This document shows positions 19,528 to 28,700 of a stretch of DNA of 34,738 nucleotides, in pieces (position 1 is the stretch's first letter; every line of letters begins with the position of its first letter). This stretch comes from a bacterium. Lineage in GTDB: Bacteria > Zhuqueibacterota > Zhuqueibacteria > Oceanimicrobiales > Oceanimicrobiaceae. The stretch covers positions 1 through 34,738 of the forward strand of contig JBHHXT010000036.1 of NCBI GenBank assembly GCA_046757165.1, written 5' to 3'. Under the pieces are notes generated by a model. It had not been told where the DNA came from. It saw only the letters and a program-made list of their open reading frames with translations, and ran no database searches. The position numbers and the translations under genes are program-made.

Positions 19528-20199
19528 ATGGATATTTCACCCTGGTTAGTCATCGCTTTATCTAGCATAATCTTGCTGTCTGTCTTCTTGGTGTTGGCAA
19601 AAAAGAAGGATTCTGGAAGCGGGGTCAGGACGGTTATGTCGGAGCTGCAGCTCGGGGCCGTGCCGACCTATCGCAGCACGTTGGATAAGCTATCCAATGA
19701 GCTGGCGCGGGTTCGGCGCTACAACCGGCCGCTGTCCATGGTTGTCCTGAGGCTAGAAAGCGACCAACTCCTCATCGATCTGAAACGCAGCCTGGTGGCG
19801 GAAACGGGCAACGGTGGCGTCGAGTCCTATAACCAGGTGATGCAAACCATTCAATTGGTCTTCTCTCTGGTGGGGTCCATCCTGAAAGAGTCGTTGCGCG
19901 AAAGTGATATCGCCACCTACGATGTCTCCAACAATCAATACATCATCATGCTGCCAGAGTCCAACCGGGAGCAGGCTGCCCTGACCGTGACAAGGCTCAA
20001 GAGACTTCTGTTCAAGCGAACGGCCGGTCACCTGGTGGCGGGCCTCGCCGAGTTCCCAACCGACGGACTGATCATCGACGACCTGGTGAAGGGCGCGGTT
20101 GCGGCCTGCAACAAGACCAATGGCGAGCTCCTGGTCAACAAAGGGGCCAAAGAGACAGAACTGACATCAGAGCAAGACAAAGATGATGAAGAGTCGTAG
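19528..20199 (+). CDS. Membrane-anchored degenerate GGDEF-domain protein retaining an RxxD I-site
   Basis: N-terminal TM; ELARVRRYNRPLSMVVL..LRESDIATYDVSNNQYIIMLPE..GLAEFPTDG..DDLV fits the GGDEF fold, but the signature is replaced by VSNNQ. Confidence 0.75.
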   Translation: MDISPWLVIALSSIILLSVFLVLAKKKDSGSGVRTVMSELQLGAVPTYRSTLDKLSNELARVRRYNRPLSMVVLRLESDQLLIDLKRSLVAETGNGGVESYNQVMQTIQLVFSLVGSILKESLRESDIATYDVSNNQYIIMLPESNREQAALTVTRLKRLLFKRTAGHLVAGLAEFPTDGLIIDDLVKGAVAACNKTNGELLVNKGAKETELTSEQDKDDEES

Positions 20200-20962
20200 A
20201 GTGCACTCTTTTGTTAGGGAGAGTAGCAAAACGGAGAGCAGGATAGTGAAGATAGAAAGTGCAAGAATAAGCCGGTCGGCGACCGCGGCGGCCATTGCCC
20301 TGGAACGCCCAAAAAGCAGGCCATGGTATGAGCATTATGCAGACAAGAGAATCCTCAGCCTGGAGAGCTACTTCAAGCTCAAGCGCGTTTTTGATATTGC
20401 ATTCTGCGTCGTCAGCCTGCCGGTGCTGGTACCGGTCATGCTCCTCTGCTATCTGGCGATCAAACTAGATTCTCCCGGCCCGGTGTTTTTCTTCCAAGAA
20501 AGGACAGGGCGAGGCGGGAAGCGGTTCAAGATGCATAAATTGCGCACCATGGTGAAGAACGCTGAAGAGCTGAAAGAAAAGTACATGCACTTGAACGAGC
20601 TCACCTACCCAGACTTCAAGATCAGTAACGATCCACGCATCACACGCGTGGGTCGGTTCCTGAGAAAAACCAGTCTGGATGAGCTGCCGCAGGTTTTCAA
20701 TGTCTTGCGGGGAGACATGACCCTGGTCGGACCACGCCCGACCTCGTTCAGCGCCAACACCTATCGACTCTGGCATACAGCGCGTCTGGAGGTCAAACCC
20801 GGCATGACTGGCCTGTGGCAAGTTTCCGGGCGCAATGAACTTGATTTTGACGACCGGTTGCGGCTTGACATCGCCTACCTGCGCAACCAGTGTTTTGGCC
20901 TGGATTTCCAGATTCTTCTACGAACCGTCGGATCAGTCTTCCATGGCCGTGGGGCAAATTGA
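20183..20962 (+). CDS. Priming polyprenyl-phosphate sugar-1-phosphate transferase (Bac_transf)
   Basis: KRVFDI, SPGPVFFFQERTG, KLRTM, DPRITRVGRFLRKTSLDELPQ, GDMTLVGPRP, KPGMTGLWQVSGR. Confidence 0.95.
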   Translation: MMKSRRVHSFVRESSKTESRIVKIESARISRSATAAAIALERPKSRPWYEHYADKRILSLESYFKLKRVFDIAFCVVSLPVLVPVMLLCYLAIKLDSPGPVFFFQERTGRGGKRFKMHKLRTMVKNAEELKEKYMHLNELTYPDFKISNDPRITRVGRFLRKTSLDELPQVFNVLRGDMTLVGPRPTSFSANTYRLWHTARLEVKPGMTGLWQVSGRNELDFDDRLRLDIAYLRNQCFGLDFQILLRTVGSVFHGRGAN

Positions 20963-22158
20963 TGGTCTTGTTTTTGGAGATATCATTCGGGCTGGCTGTT
21001 GCGGCTCTGGTTTATTCATACGGGGGCTTTTCCCTTCTTCTGCTACTGATTGCCAAACTTCTCAATCGGCAAGTCAAGAAAGGCGACTTCACGCCCAGGG
21101 TCACGGTCATTATTGCGGCATACAACGAGCAGCACAGTATCGCGGCCAAACTGGATAACGTCCTTGGCCTCGACTATCCCAGCCAACACCTGGAGGTGAT
21201 CGTGGCTTCCGACGGTTCTGATGACGCCACCAAGAGAATTGCTTCCGCGTATGTGCACAAAGGGGTCAAGTTTCTGGATCTGCCGAGACGGGGAAAGGTT
21301 TTTGCGCTCAACGATGCGGTCAACGAGGCGCAGGGCGAAATTCTGGTTTTTTCAGATGCCAATACACTTTTTCTGCCGCAAGCTCTGCGGATGCTGGTGC
21401 GCAACTTCGCCGATCCGCAAGTCGGAGGGGTTTGCGGCAATCAGGAACACATTGCCCTCGAGGATGGCGACAACAGCAGCAAAGGGGAACATCTTTACTG
21501 GGCGTACGACAAATGGCTGAAGACCATGGAGAGTCTGACCGGCAGCATCGTTTCCGCCGACGGCGCGATCTACGCCATCCGGCGCACTCTCTACCGCACC
21601 CCGAGCCAAACGGATGTGACCGATGACTTCGCGATTTCCACGGCCGTCATCGAGCAGGGCTACCGGTTGGTTTTTGAGAGTGACGCTCTCGCGCATGAGA
21701 AAGCCTCAACGAAAGCCGAGAATGAATTCATCCGTAAGGTGCGAATTATGAACCGCGGCCTGCGCGGCGTCATGATGCGCAAGAAGCTCCTGAACCCTTT
21801 GAAGTATGGTGTCTATTCTCTCATTTTGTTTTCACATAAGGTGCTGCGACGCCTGGTTCCCTTTATGCTGATTTGGCTGCTGGCGACCAGCTTGCTGCTT
21901 GCGGTAAGCAGTCCTTTCTTCAGATGGGTTTCGGCGGCTCAGCTCCTCTTTTATCTTTTGGCGTTCCTGGGCTACGTGCTGCGAAACACGCAAGTCGGCC
22001 ACTCGAAGATCCTGTACGTGCCATTCTTTTTTTGCCTGGCGAATGCGGCCGCCTTTGTTGCCATCCTGAAATTGTTGCGCGGCAAACGAATCGAATTCTG
22101 GCAGCCGCATCGGGAGAGTCTTGATGAGAAGAAACTGGTTAAGACTGAGGTGCTTTGA
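20962..22158 (+). CDS. Glycosyltransferase family 2 with C-terminal TM helices
   Basis: VTVIIAAYNE, VASDGSDD, RGKVFALN, FSDAN, TDDF, RKVRI. ATG 20962 overlaps the upstream stop (TGATG). Confidence 0.92.
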   Translation: MVLFLEISFGLAVAALVYSYGGFSLLLLLIAKLLNRQVKKGDFTPRVTVIIAAYNEQHSIAAKLDNVLGLDYPSQHLEVIVASDGSDDATKRIASAYVHKGVKFLDLPRRGKVFALNDAVNEAQGEILVFSDANTLFLPQALRMLVRNFADPQVGGVCGNQEHIALEDGDNSSKGEHLYWAYDKWLKTMESLTGSIVSADGAIYAIRRTLYRTPSQTDVTDDFAISTAVIEQGYRLVFESDALAHEKASTKAENEFIRKVRIMNRGLRGVMMRKKLLNPLKYGVYSLILFSHKVLRRLVPFMLIWLLATSLLLAVSSPFFRWVSAAQLLFYLLAFLGYVLRNTQVGHSKILYVPFFFCLANAAAFVAILKLLRGKRIEFWQPHRESLDEKKLVKTEVL

Positions 22159-22210
22159 TCCGATAGGGCGGTATCCCTGAATTGACGATTTTTCTGAATT
22201 TGGAGGTTTC

Positions 22211-23173
22211 ATGCGAGTTCTTATTGCCAGCTCAATCGATGAGCGTGCGATTACAAAAATGCGAGAAAAGCACGATGTCACGTGCCATTTTAATGCGACC
22301 GCAGAGATATTGAAGGAGGTCATCCCGGACCGCGAGGTTTTGATCTTTCGCAGCGGCGTGCATATCGCTGCCGATATCATGGCTTGCGCGCCGGAGTTGA
22401 AGTTGATCATCCGCGCCGGGTGTGGTCTGGACAACGTCGATGTCGAGTACGCCCGCGGGCGGGGCATCGAGCTGCATACCATACCCCAGCCCGCCTCCTT
22501 TTCCGTCTCAGAAATGACATTTGCGCTCATGCTGGGCGTGGCGCGTCGAATCCTGGAGGCGGATGAATCCAGGCGTGCCGGACACTGGATCAAAAACCAG
22601 CTTAACGGACGCCTGCTCCATGGCAAAACGCTCGGGATTATCGGCATGGGCAACATCGGCAGCCGGGTCGGCCAACTTGGCGTCTCTTTTGGCATGCGTG
22701 TGTTAGGATGTGTCGAGCACCCCTCTCCGGCGCGCGCCGAGGCCTTCAAGTTGAAGAATTTGGAGCTCACCACCTTCGAGCGGGTGGTTTCCGAGGCGGA
22801 TTTTCTGACCGTGCACGTGCCCAGGAAAGCATCGACGCGCAATCTCGTCAATGCCGGGGCCCTGGCAAAGATGAAGCAGGACTCGATCCTGGTCAACATC
22901 GCCCGCGGCGGCGTTCTGGATGAGAAGGCGCTCTACCATGAGCTGACGCACGGCACCCGTCTTCTCGGGGCTGCCCTGGATGTGCACGAACAAGAAGGCG
23001 AGGGCAAGCTCTCGCCGTTCAGAGAGATGAAAAACGTCATTTTGACCCCTCATATTGGCTCGATGACCGTCGATACCTATAAGGACATGGGCCAGCGGAT
23101 TGTGAAAATTTTTGACGACTTTGTTGAGAAGTCCGAAAGCCGTTCAGCGCAGGAAACGCTAATCGCCGGCTGA
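22211..23173 (+). CDS. D-isomer-specific 2-hydroxyacid dehydrogenase (SerA-like, no ACT domain); candidate phosphonopyruvate reductase
   Basis: RAGCGLDNVD, GIIGMGNIG Rossmann motif, NIARGG, LDVHEQE, TPHIG catalytic Arg/Glu/His; adjacent to pepM. Confidence 0.85.
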   Translation: MRVLIASSIDERAITKMREKHDVTCHFNATAEILKEVIPDREVLIFRSGVHIAADIMACAPELKLIIRAGCGLDNVDVEYARGRGIELHTIPQPASFSVSEMTFALMLGVARRILEADESRRAGHWIKNQLNGRLLHGKTLGIIGMGNIGSRVGQLGVSFGMRVLGCVEHPSPARAEAFKLKNLELTTFERVVSEADFLTVHVPRKASTRNLVNAGALAKMKQDSILVNIARGGVLDEKALYHELTHGTRLLGAALDVHEQEGEGKLSPFREMKNVILTPHIGSMTVDTYKDMGQRIVKIFDDFVEKSESRSAQETLIAG

Positions 23174-23203
23174 ACGTCTGCTGGGCAAGTTTGATTCATT
23201 CTT

Positions 23204-23234
23204 ACCTTCCAGCGCCGCTGGAAGGTTTTCTTAT
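23204..23234 (+). terminator. Hairpin with U-tract between the dehydrogenase and pepM
   Basis: accttccagc-gcc-gctggaaggt followed by tttcttat. Confidence 0.45.
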
Positions 23235-23330
23235 GTGACCGACTGCCTGGCAGGGGGCACATTCTGTCGGGGCGCATGGTCTAACCAAATGGATTTACTC
23301 AAGTAGCTTAGCAAGGAGCACGAGACTACC

Positions 23331-24215
23331 ATGAATAAGGCAACCCAAAAAAGAGAACTGTTGCGACAGGGGCTGACCGGAGACAAGCCGATCACTGCGG
23401 TCGGAGCACACGACGCCATGAGCGCACAAATGATCGATACTGACGGTTTCGAGGCCGTGTGGGTGAGCGGCTTTGGTGTTTCGACCATGGCCTATGCGGT
23501 TCCGGACGCCAACCTGGTCACTATGACCGAGGCCCTGGACGCGGCCGTGCGCATGGATGCCGCCATCACCATTCCGGTGGTCGCAGATTGTGACAACGGC
23601 TTTGGCGGCCTGGCCAATGTCGTTCGGACGGTAAGAGCGTACGAGCGTGCCGGTATTGCCGGCATTTGCATCGAGGACAATCATTTCCCCAAGCGCAACA
23701 GCCTGTACCTGGGTAATTCCAAACGCGAGTTGATTCCGCTGGAAGAACAGGCCCGCCGCATCCGTGCGGGCAAGGATGCCCAGGAATCGGATGAGTTCGT
23801 CTTCATCGCACGCGTCGAGTCTCTCATCGCGGGCCACGGCGTGGCAGACGCGCTGCGACGGGCCGATGCCTATGTCAGGGCCGGCGCGGACGCCATTCTG
23901 ATTCACTCCAAAGACAAAACGTTGGGCGAGATAGAAGGGTTTCTGGCAGAGTGGCAGGGAGGCGCCCCACTCGTTTGTGTGCCGACGCTCTTCCCCGATT
24001 TTACCGTGCAAGAGCTGCATGAGAAAGGCTTCCAGATGATCATCCTGGCCAATCAACTGATGCGCGCTTCGGTCAAGGCCATGGAAGAGACACTCGCTAC
24101 CCTCAAACGCGAGCGCAAGGCCGCCGCGGTCGACGGCTCCATCGCACCGGTCAATTACATCTTCGATCTGGTGAAAACCAGGGAGCTGATCGCTTTAGAA
24201 GACGAGATAAAATAG
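23331..24215 (+). CDS. pepM: Phosphoenolpyruvate mutase (C-P bond formation), stand-alone, variant motif EDNHFPKRNS
   Basis: ICL/PEPM fold: WVSGFGVS, PDAN, VADCDNGFG, IEDNHFPKRNSL, FIARVESLIAG, ILIHSK, VPT, ILANQLMRAS. The PKxNS loop and IHS motif are PepM-type, not lyase-type (KCGH). Confidence 0.85.
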   Translation: MNKATQKRELLRQGLTGDKPITAVGAHDAMSAQMIDTDGFEAVWVSGFGVSTMAYAVPDANLVTMTEALDAAVRMDAAITIPVVADCDNGFGGLANVVRTVRAYERAGIAGICIEDNHFPKRNSLYLGNSKRELIPLEEQARRIRAGKDAQESDEFVFIARVESLIAGHGVADALRRADAYVRAGADAILIHSKDKTLGEIEGFLAEWQGGAPLVCVPTLFPDFTVQELHEKGFQMIILANQLMRASVKAMEETLATLKRERKAAAVDGSIAPVNYIFDLVKTRELIALEDEIK

Positions 24216-24272
24216 ACCGAAGGAGCAATTCAATCTTCATTCAACAGGACCGAAAGGAAGAGGAACCAAGCC

Positions 24273-24941
24273 ATGGACATGACCAATATTCTGAAAATCG
24301 ATCTGAGTCCGGCTCAGGTGATTCTGAGCTTCCTCATCGCGTTTGCGCTGGGGTTTATGTGGGCGACCGTATACCGCAAGACGCACAGCGGCGTTGCTTA
24401 CACCCGGTCGTTTTTCATGACTCTGCTGCTGATTCCATCCATCGTTGCCATGGTGATGATGGCCATCGGCAGCAACGTTGCCCTGTCACTCGGCCTGGTT
24501 GGTTCGCTTTCAGTGATTCGTTTCAGAACGGTGATCAAAGACACCAAGGACATGACCTTTTTGTTTCTCTCGATTGGCATCGGTCTATGCTGTGGCGCGA
24601 ATGCGTGGATGGTCGCCATCTCCGGAACCGTCATCATCTCGCTGATCACGATCATCATGTCCAGGGTGGGACACGACCAGGCGGGATCGGCTGACTACAT
24701 TCTCATCTTCCGCTCCTATGAGAAAGAGCCATGGGAAAAAATCAACCCGGAAGCGCAATCCCTGCTTTCCTGGAAACAGCTCCGCGGAGCCACAGACATC
24801 GACCAGGGAAAGGATTTCGAGTACACCTACAGCGTTCGCCTGGCCTCGAAGGCCACGCCTGAACGCATCGTCAGCGAGCTGAGCAATGGCGTCATTCGCC
24901 AGGTTACCTTGATCACTCCGGAGAACCACCTTGAGCTCTGA
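24273..24941 (+). CDS. DUF4956-family membrane protein
   Basis: Several TM helices with signature SLGLVGSLSVIRFRTVIKDTKDMTFLFLSIGIGLCCG and a small soluble C-terminal domain. Confidence 0.85.
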   Translation: MDMTNILKIDLSPAQVILSFLIAFALGFMWATVYRKTHSGVAYTRSFFMTLLLIPSIVAMVMMAIGSNVALSLGLVGSLSVIRFRTVIKDTKDMTFLFLSIGIGLCCGANAWMVAISGTVIISLITIIMSRVGHDQAGSADYILIFRSYEKEPWEKINPEAQSLLSWKQLRGATDIDQGKDFEYTYSVRLASKATPERIVSELSNGVIRQVTLITPENHLEL

Positions 24942-25725
24942 GGTCGCCAGCGATGGCGGTACGGCGCTCACCAGCCGGATGATCCTGTTCCGCCGCCGCG
25001 AAATCAAATACCTGATCGATAGAACGACTCGAACTGCCCTGACCCGGGACTTGCAGGCGTTCATGCGGCCGGATGCCCATGCGAACAGTGCCGACGGCTA
25101 CATCGTGCGCAGCCTGTACTTCGATACCACGGATTACTTGGCTTACCATGAGAAGCTTGCAGGCACGGCTGCACGCCACAAGCTGCGCATCCGAGCCTAT
25201 GGCGAGGACCCGAGACAGGCCGCAATTACCAGGCTGGAGGTCAAGTCCCGTTTCTTGAGCTTCATTCACAAAATAACGGTCGACATCCCTGTGACCCAAT
25301 ACCCGCTGCTCGAGCCGGCCATCCTGGGCAAAACCTTGCCGCCAAACGACCTTCTTGACAACAGCGACATCTCGAAAGAGTTTTTTCGAATTCAGCGCCA
25401 GTACAATATGGTGCCGAAGGTGCTCTTGCAATACCGGCGGCAGGCGTTTGAGCGAGCGGAACTGAAACGGGTGCGCGTCAATTTCGACGACCAACTGGTG
25501 GCCTCCAGAAACCTGGCGCTCCTCGATCCTCTGGTCGCGCCGCGGAGCTTGCTCAAGTACGGCACCTCTATCTTTGAAATCAAAGTGGACGGCGACATGC
25601 CTTTCTGGCTGCACCAATTGATCAGCAAATACAACCTGCAGGATCAGGCGTTCAGCAAGTTTACCAACGCCATCAGGAGCGAAGCCAGGTTTTCGACCTT
25701 TCACCGTGCCAGCGATTTGAACTGA
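24931..25725 (+). CDS. VTC (polyphosphate polymerase / triphosphate tunnel metalloenzyme) domain protein
   Basis: RREIKY, VRSLYFDT, RHKLRIRAY, LEVKSR, YRRQAF, RVNFD, IFEIK, FSKF. Alternative start ATG 24979. Confidence 0.88.
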   Translation: MSSEVASDGGTALTSRMILFRRREIKYLIDRTTRTALTRDLQAFMRPDAHANSADGYIVRSLYFDTTDYLAYHEKLAGTAARHKLRIRAYGEDPRQAAITRLEVKSRFLSFIHKITVDIPVTQYPLLEPAILGKTLPPNDLLDNSDISKEFFRIQRQYNMVPKVLLQYRRQAFERAELKRVRVNFDDQLVASRNLALLDPLVAPRSLLKYGTSIFEIKVDGDMPFWLHQLISKYNLQDQAFSKFTNAIRSEARFSTFHRASDLN

Positions 25726-25737
25726 GACAGGGACGCC

Positions 25738-28700
25738 GTGCTCAAGCTAAAGAATAAGAAACGGGTCAAGAAAGTTCTCCGCCGGGCTCACAGTCCGGTG
25801 CGCTGGATTTGGCCCAAAATGTCCGATGCGCTCATCGGTATCTTCTGCTTTTTCCTGATCATTTTTGCCCTGTTGACCTATTCGACGCGCTTGTCCGAGT
25901 ACACCAGCAAGTTGGTGACGGGGAACAAATACCTCTCTCTGCTCGATGGCTTTTTCAATCCTTTTCGCAACAAACACCTGCTGCTGAAATCCGGCCTGCC
26001 CATTTATGACTTGAAAATCAAACATCAGCGGTATGCCATTATCGAAGACGTTATCAAGAAGGCGAAGAAGCAGGGTTGGATGAGTGATGACCTCAAGGTT
26101 TGGGCCAATGCACAGTTTATCCATGATGGCGAAATGTACAATGTGAAAGTGCGCGTGCGTGGCGACCTGCCGCGGCACTGGAGCGGGCCAAAACGGTCCT
26201 ACCGCATCAAGTTCGGCAAACGCAAGATCATCGGAGTCGATGGGCAGGTACGCGAAGAACCCATCTATTTCAACAGAACACGACAGATCAACTTGATCGT
26301 GCCCATCGACCGGGAGTTTATTCTGGCGAAATTCATCAACGAGTTGATGCAGGAACGGGGGGTGTTGGTGCCGCGCGATGATTTTGTCATTCTCCGCATC
26401 AACGGCGTCATTCAGGGGCTCTATTATCAGGTGGAGCATTTCGACAAGCCGTTGATGGCCTTCCGACGCCGGCCGGAGACCACGGTCTTTGCCCAAAACG
26501 ACCGCGCGAAACATTTCGAGCAGTATACAAAATACGGCACGCCTGCCACCTCAGATGCCAATTTTGAGATGGGCACGCTGCGCCGTTTGATCGACCGCAA
26601 CGGCGAGCTCGGCATGCAGGCGATGAAGGTGTTGTTCGAGTTTGTGCAAGACCCGAGGCCGGAAAAGTTCAGAAGAGCCCGCGCGGTCCTGGATTGGGAG
26701 AAGTACTTGACCTTCCGGGTCATCACCACGCTCTGCAACACCAACCACGTTCGCTTTGGCACCGACAATCTCCGCTTGTACTACGACCCCAGTCGCGGCC
26801 TGCTCGAGCCTATCCCTTGGGACGCGCATCTGCTGCGAATGCCGAAGGAGCCCGGCACGATCGATTTCTGGAACAACAAGGGGCCGGACGCGCTGCAGCG
26901 CGCCACTTTGTTGGACCCGGAGCTGAGATTGCAGCGCAACAGGATTCTCTGGTCGTTCATCGGCGATGGCGGAGATAGCCTGATGGCCAAATACACCAAA
27001 CTGCATGACAAGATTCGGCCCTTTGCCTGGGCAGACGTGTTGACGACGCCCATTCAAGGCCACAAGATGGATCAACACAAGAAGAACTTCGATTACAATG
27101 TGCGTCGCGCTTTCAAAGTCTTGAATAATTCCAACTGCAATTTTACCTATCGCCTCGAGGCCCCGGACCGCGCGGCCCTGGAGATGAATCTGCTCAATTT
27201 TAGCGGCGTGGAATGGCAAAGTGTCCAGCTCCGCGATTCTTTACTGTTTGTAGGCCGGTACGACCTTTATGAAGACCAAAACGACAACGGTCAATTGGAC
27301 GCAGAAGACCCCCTTGTGGCCACACAGAATGCCGACCACGACTGGTCCATCCGGTTCGAAATTGGCAAGCGCGTTTTTCCGCACCTCGAATATCGCGGTG
27401 ATTTTATCGCCGGGCGATACTGGGAGTTCTTTGACACCAAAACAAAACGGGCGCGCTATTTTCTGGTGGGCAAGTTGGCGCCGGAAAATCGTCACCCCAT
27501 CGTCTGGAGCCCGCCTGAAATTGCTGTGGCCGCGAAGAATCTGGTGACAGACTACCAGATCCCGTCTGCATTCATCAGCCAGCAGCAGCCGTTGCCGGAC
27601 AACATGACCGGCATCACGGCTTACGATGACTCGGACCCGTTCGACCTGGATGCGCAATTCTACACGCGCGAGGCGTTTCTTGCAAAGCATCCGCCGTTCG
27701 TGGCGAGCAAGGAGTCGGAGGGCGTTGAACTCCGCGGCGCGATTGAGATTTCGGAGTCGGTCATCATTCCGAAGGGGGTGCCCCTGCTCATCCGGCCCGG
27801 AGCGGACATTACGTTAAAACCCGGGGCGAACATCTTGATCTACAGCGGCCTCACCTGTATTGGAACGCCGCAAGATCGAATCCGGATTCACGGGGACGAA
27901 TCCGGGTTTCCCTTTGGCAGCGTAGCCGTTGTGCGTCCGCAAGCAAAGGTGGTGGTCAGATACACCGACTTCAGCGACGGTGGCCAGGCGCAAATCAATG
28001 GCATTCTGTTCACGGGCGGGTTTGCCGTGCACGAGGGAGACCTCGAGCTGGAGCACTGCACCTTCGATAAAATGCAAAGCGAAGACGGGCTGAACCTCAA
28101 GAACGGCCACATCGTGATGCGCCACTGCCGCTTTACCGCCAATGACAGCGATGCGGTCGATATCGACTTTGGAACCGGCATTGTTGAAAACTGTGAATTC
28201 CGAAATATCCACGGCGATGGCCTGGACATTTCCGGCTCCACCCTGCAGGTTTCGAGTTGTGTGTTTGAAAATGTCGTCGATAAGGGATTCAGCGTCGGGG
28301 AAAACTCCTCTCCGACCATTATCAACAGCCTGTTCAAGGGGTGTGACATTGGCATTTCTGCCAAGGACCTGTCCTTTGTCAGGGCTGCGAACTGCACGTT
28401 CGTCGAGAACAGGCTGGCAATTGAAGCCAAACGCAAAAAGCCGATGTTTGGTGGCGGGAGCGGCGAGGTGGTCAACTGTGTTTTCTCCGGCAATCAGGAG
28501 CTGCTAACGGAAGATTATTTTTCGAAAGGCAGGATGATAATCAAATCTTCCCTGAGTGATGTAACCACCGACTGGGAAGCAAGTAGAACGGCGAAGATTC
28601 AGTTTCTGGCTCCCGAGCAAAACAACTATGTGTTACATTCACAATCAATGCCAAGCGATGGATTTGCGATGACTTATCCCGAGTGGTTAAGTGGCCAGGG

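Noticed and set aside
22166..22178. ops/JUMPStart-like element (GGCGGTAT)
   Set aside because: Partial match only, mid-operon, and no RfaH/UpxY gene in the window.
21832..22899. 355-aa minus-strand ORF (and similar antisense ORFs at 1924-2715, 23295-24056, 24913-25704, 32331-33233)
   Set aside because: Each is antisense to a well-supported gene and has no recognisable domains.
23331..24215. Annotation as 2-methylisocitrate lyase, isocitrate lyase or phosphonopyruvate hydrolase
   Set aside because: It lacks the K[KR]CGH catalytic Cys loop and has NS rather than TS in the loop; the context is biosynthetic.
9394..24215. Functional link between aceA and pepM (same superfamily, same window)
   Set aside because: Different operons about 12.6 kb apart and very divergent; co-location is most likely coincidental.
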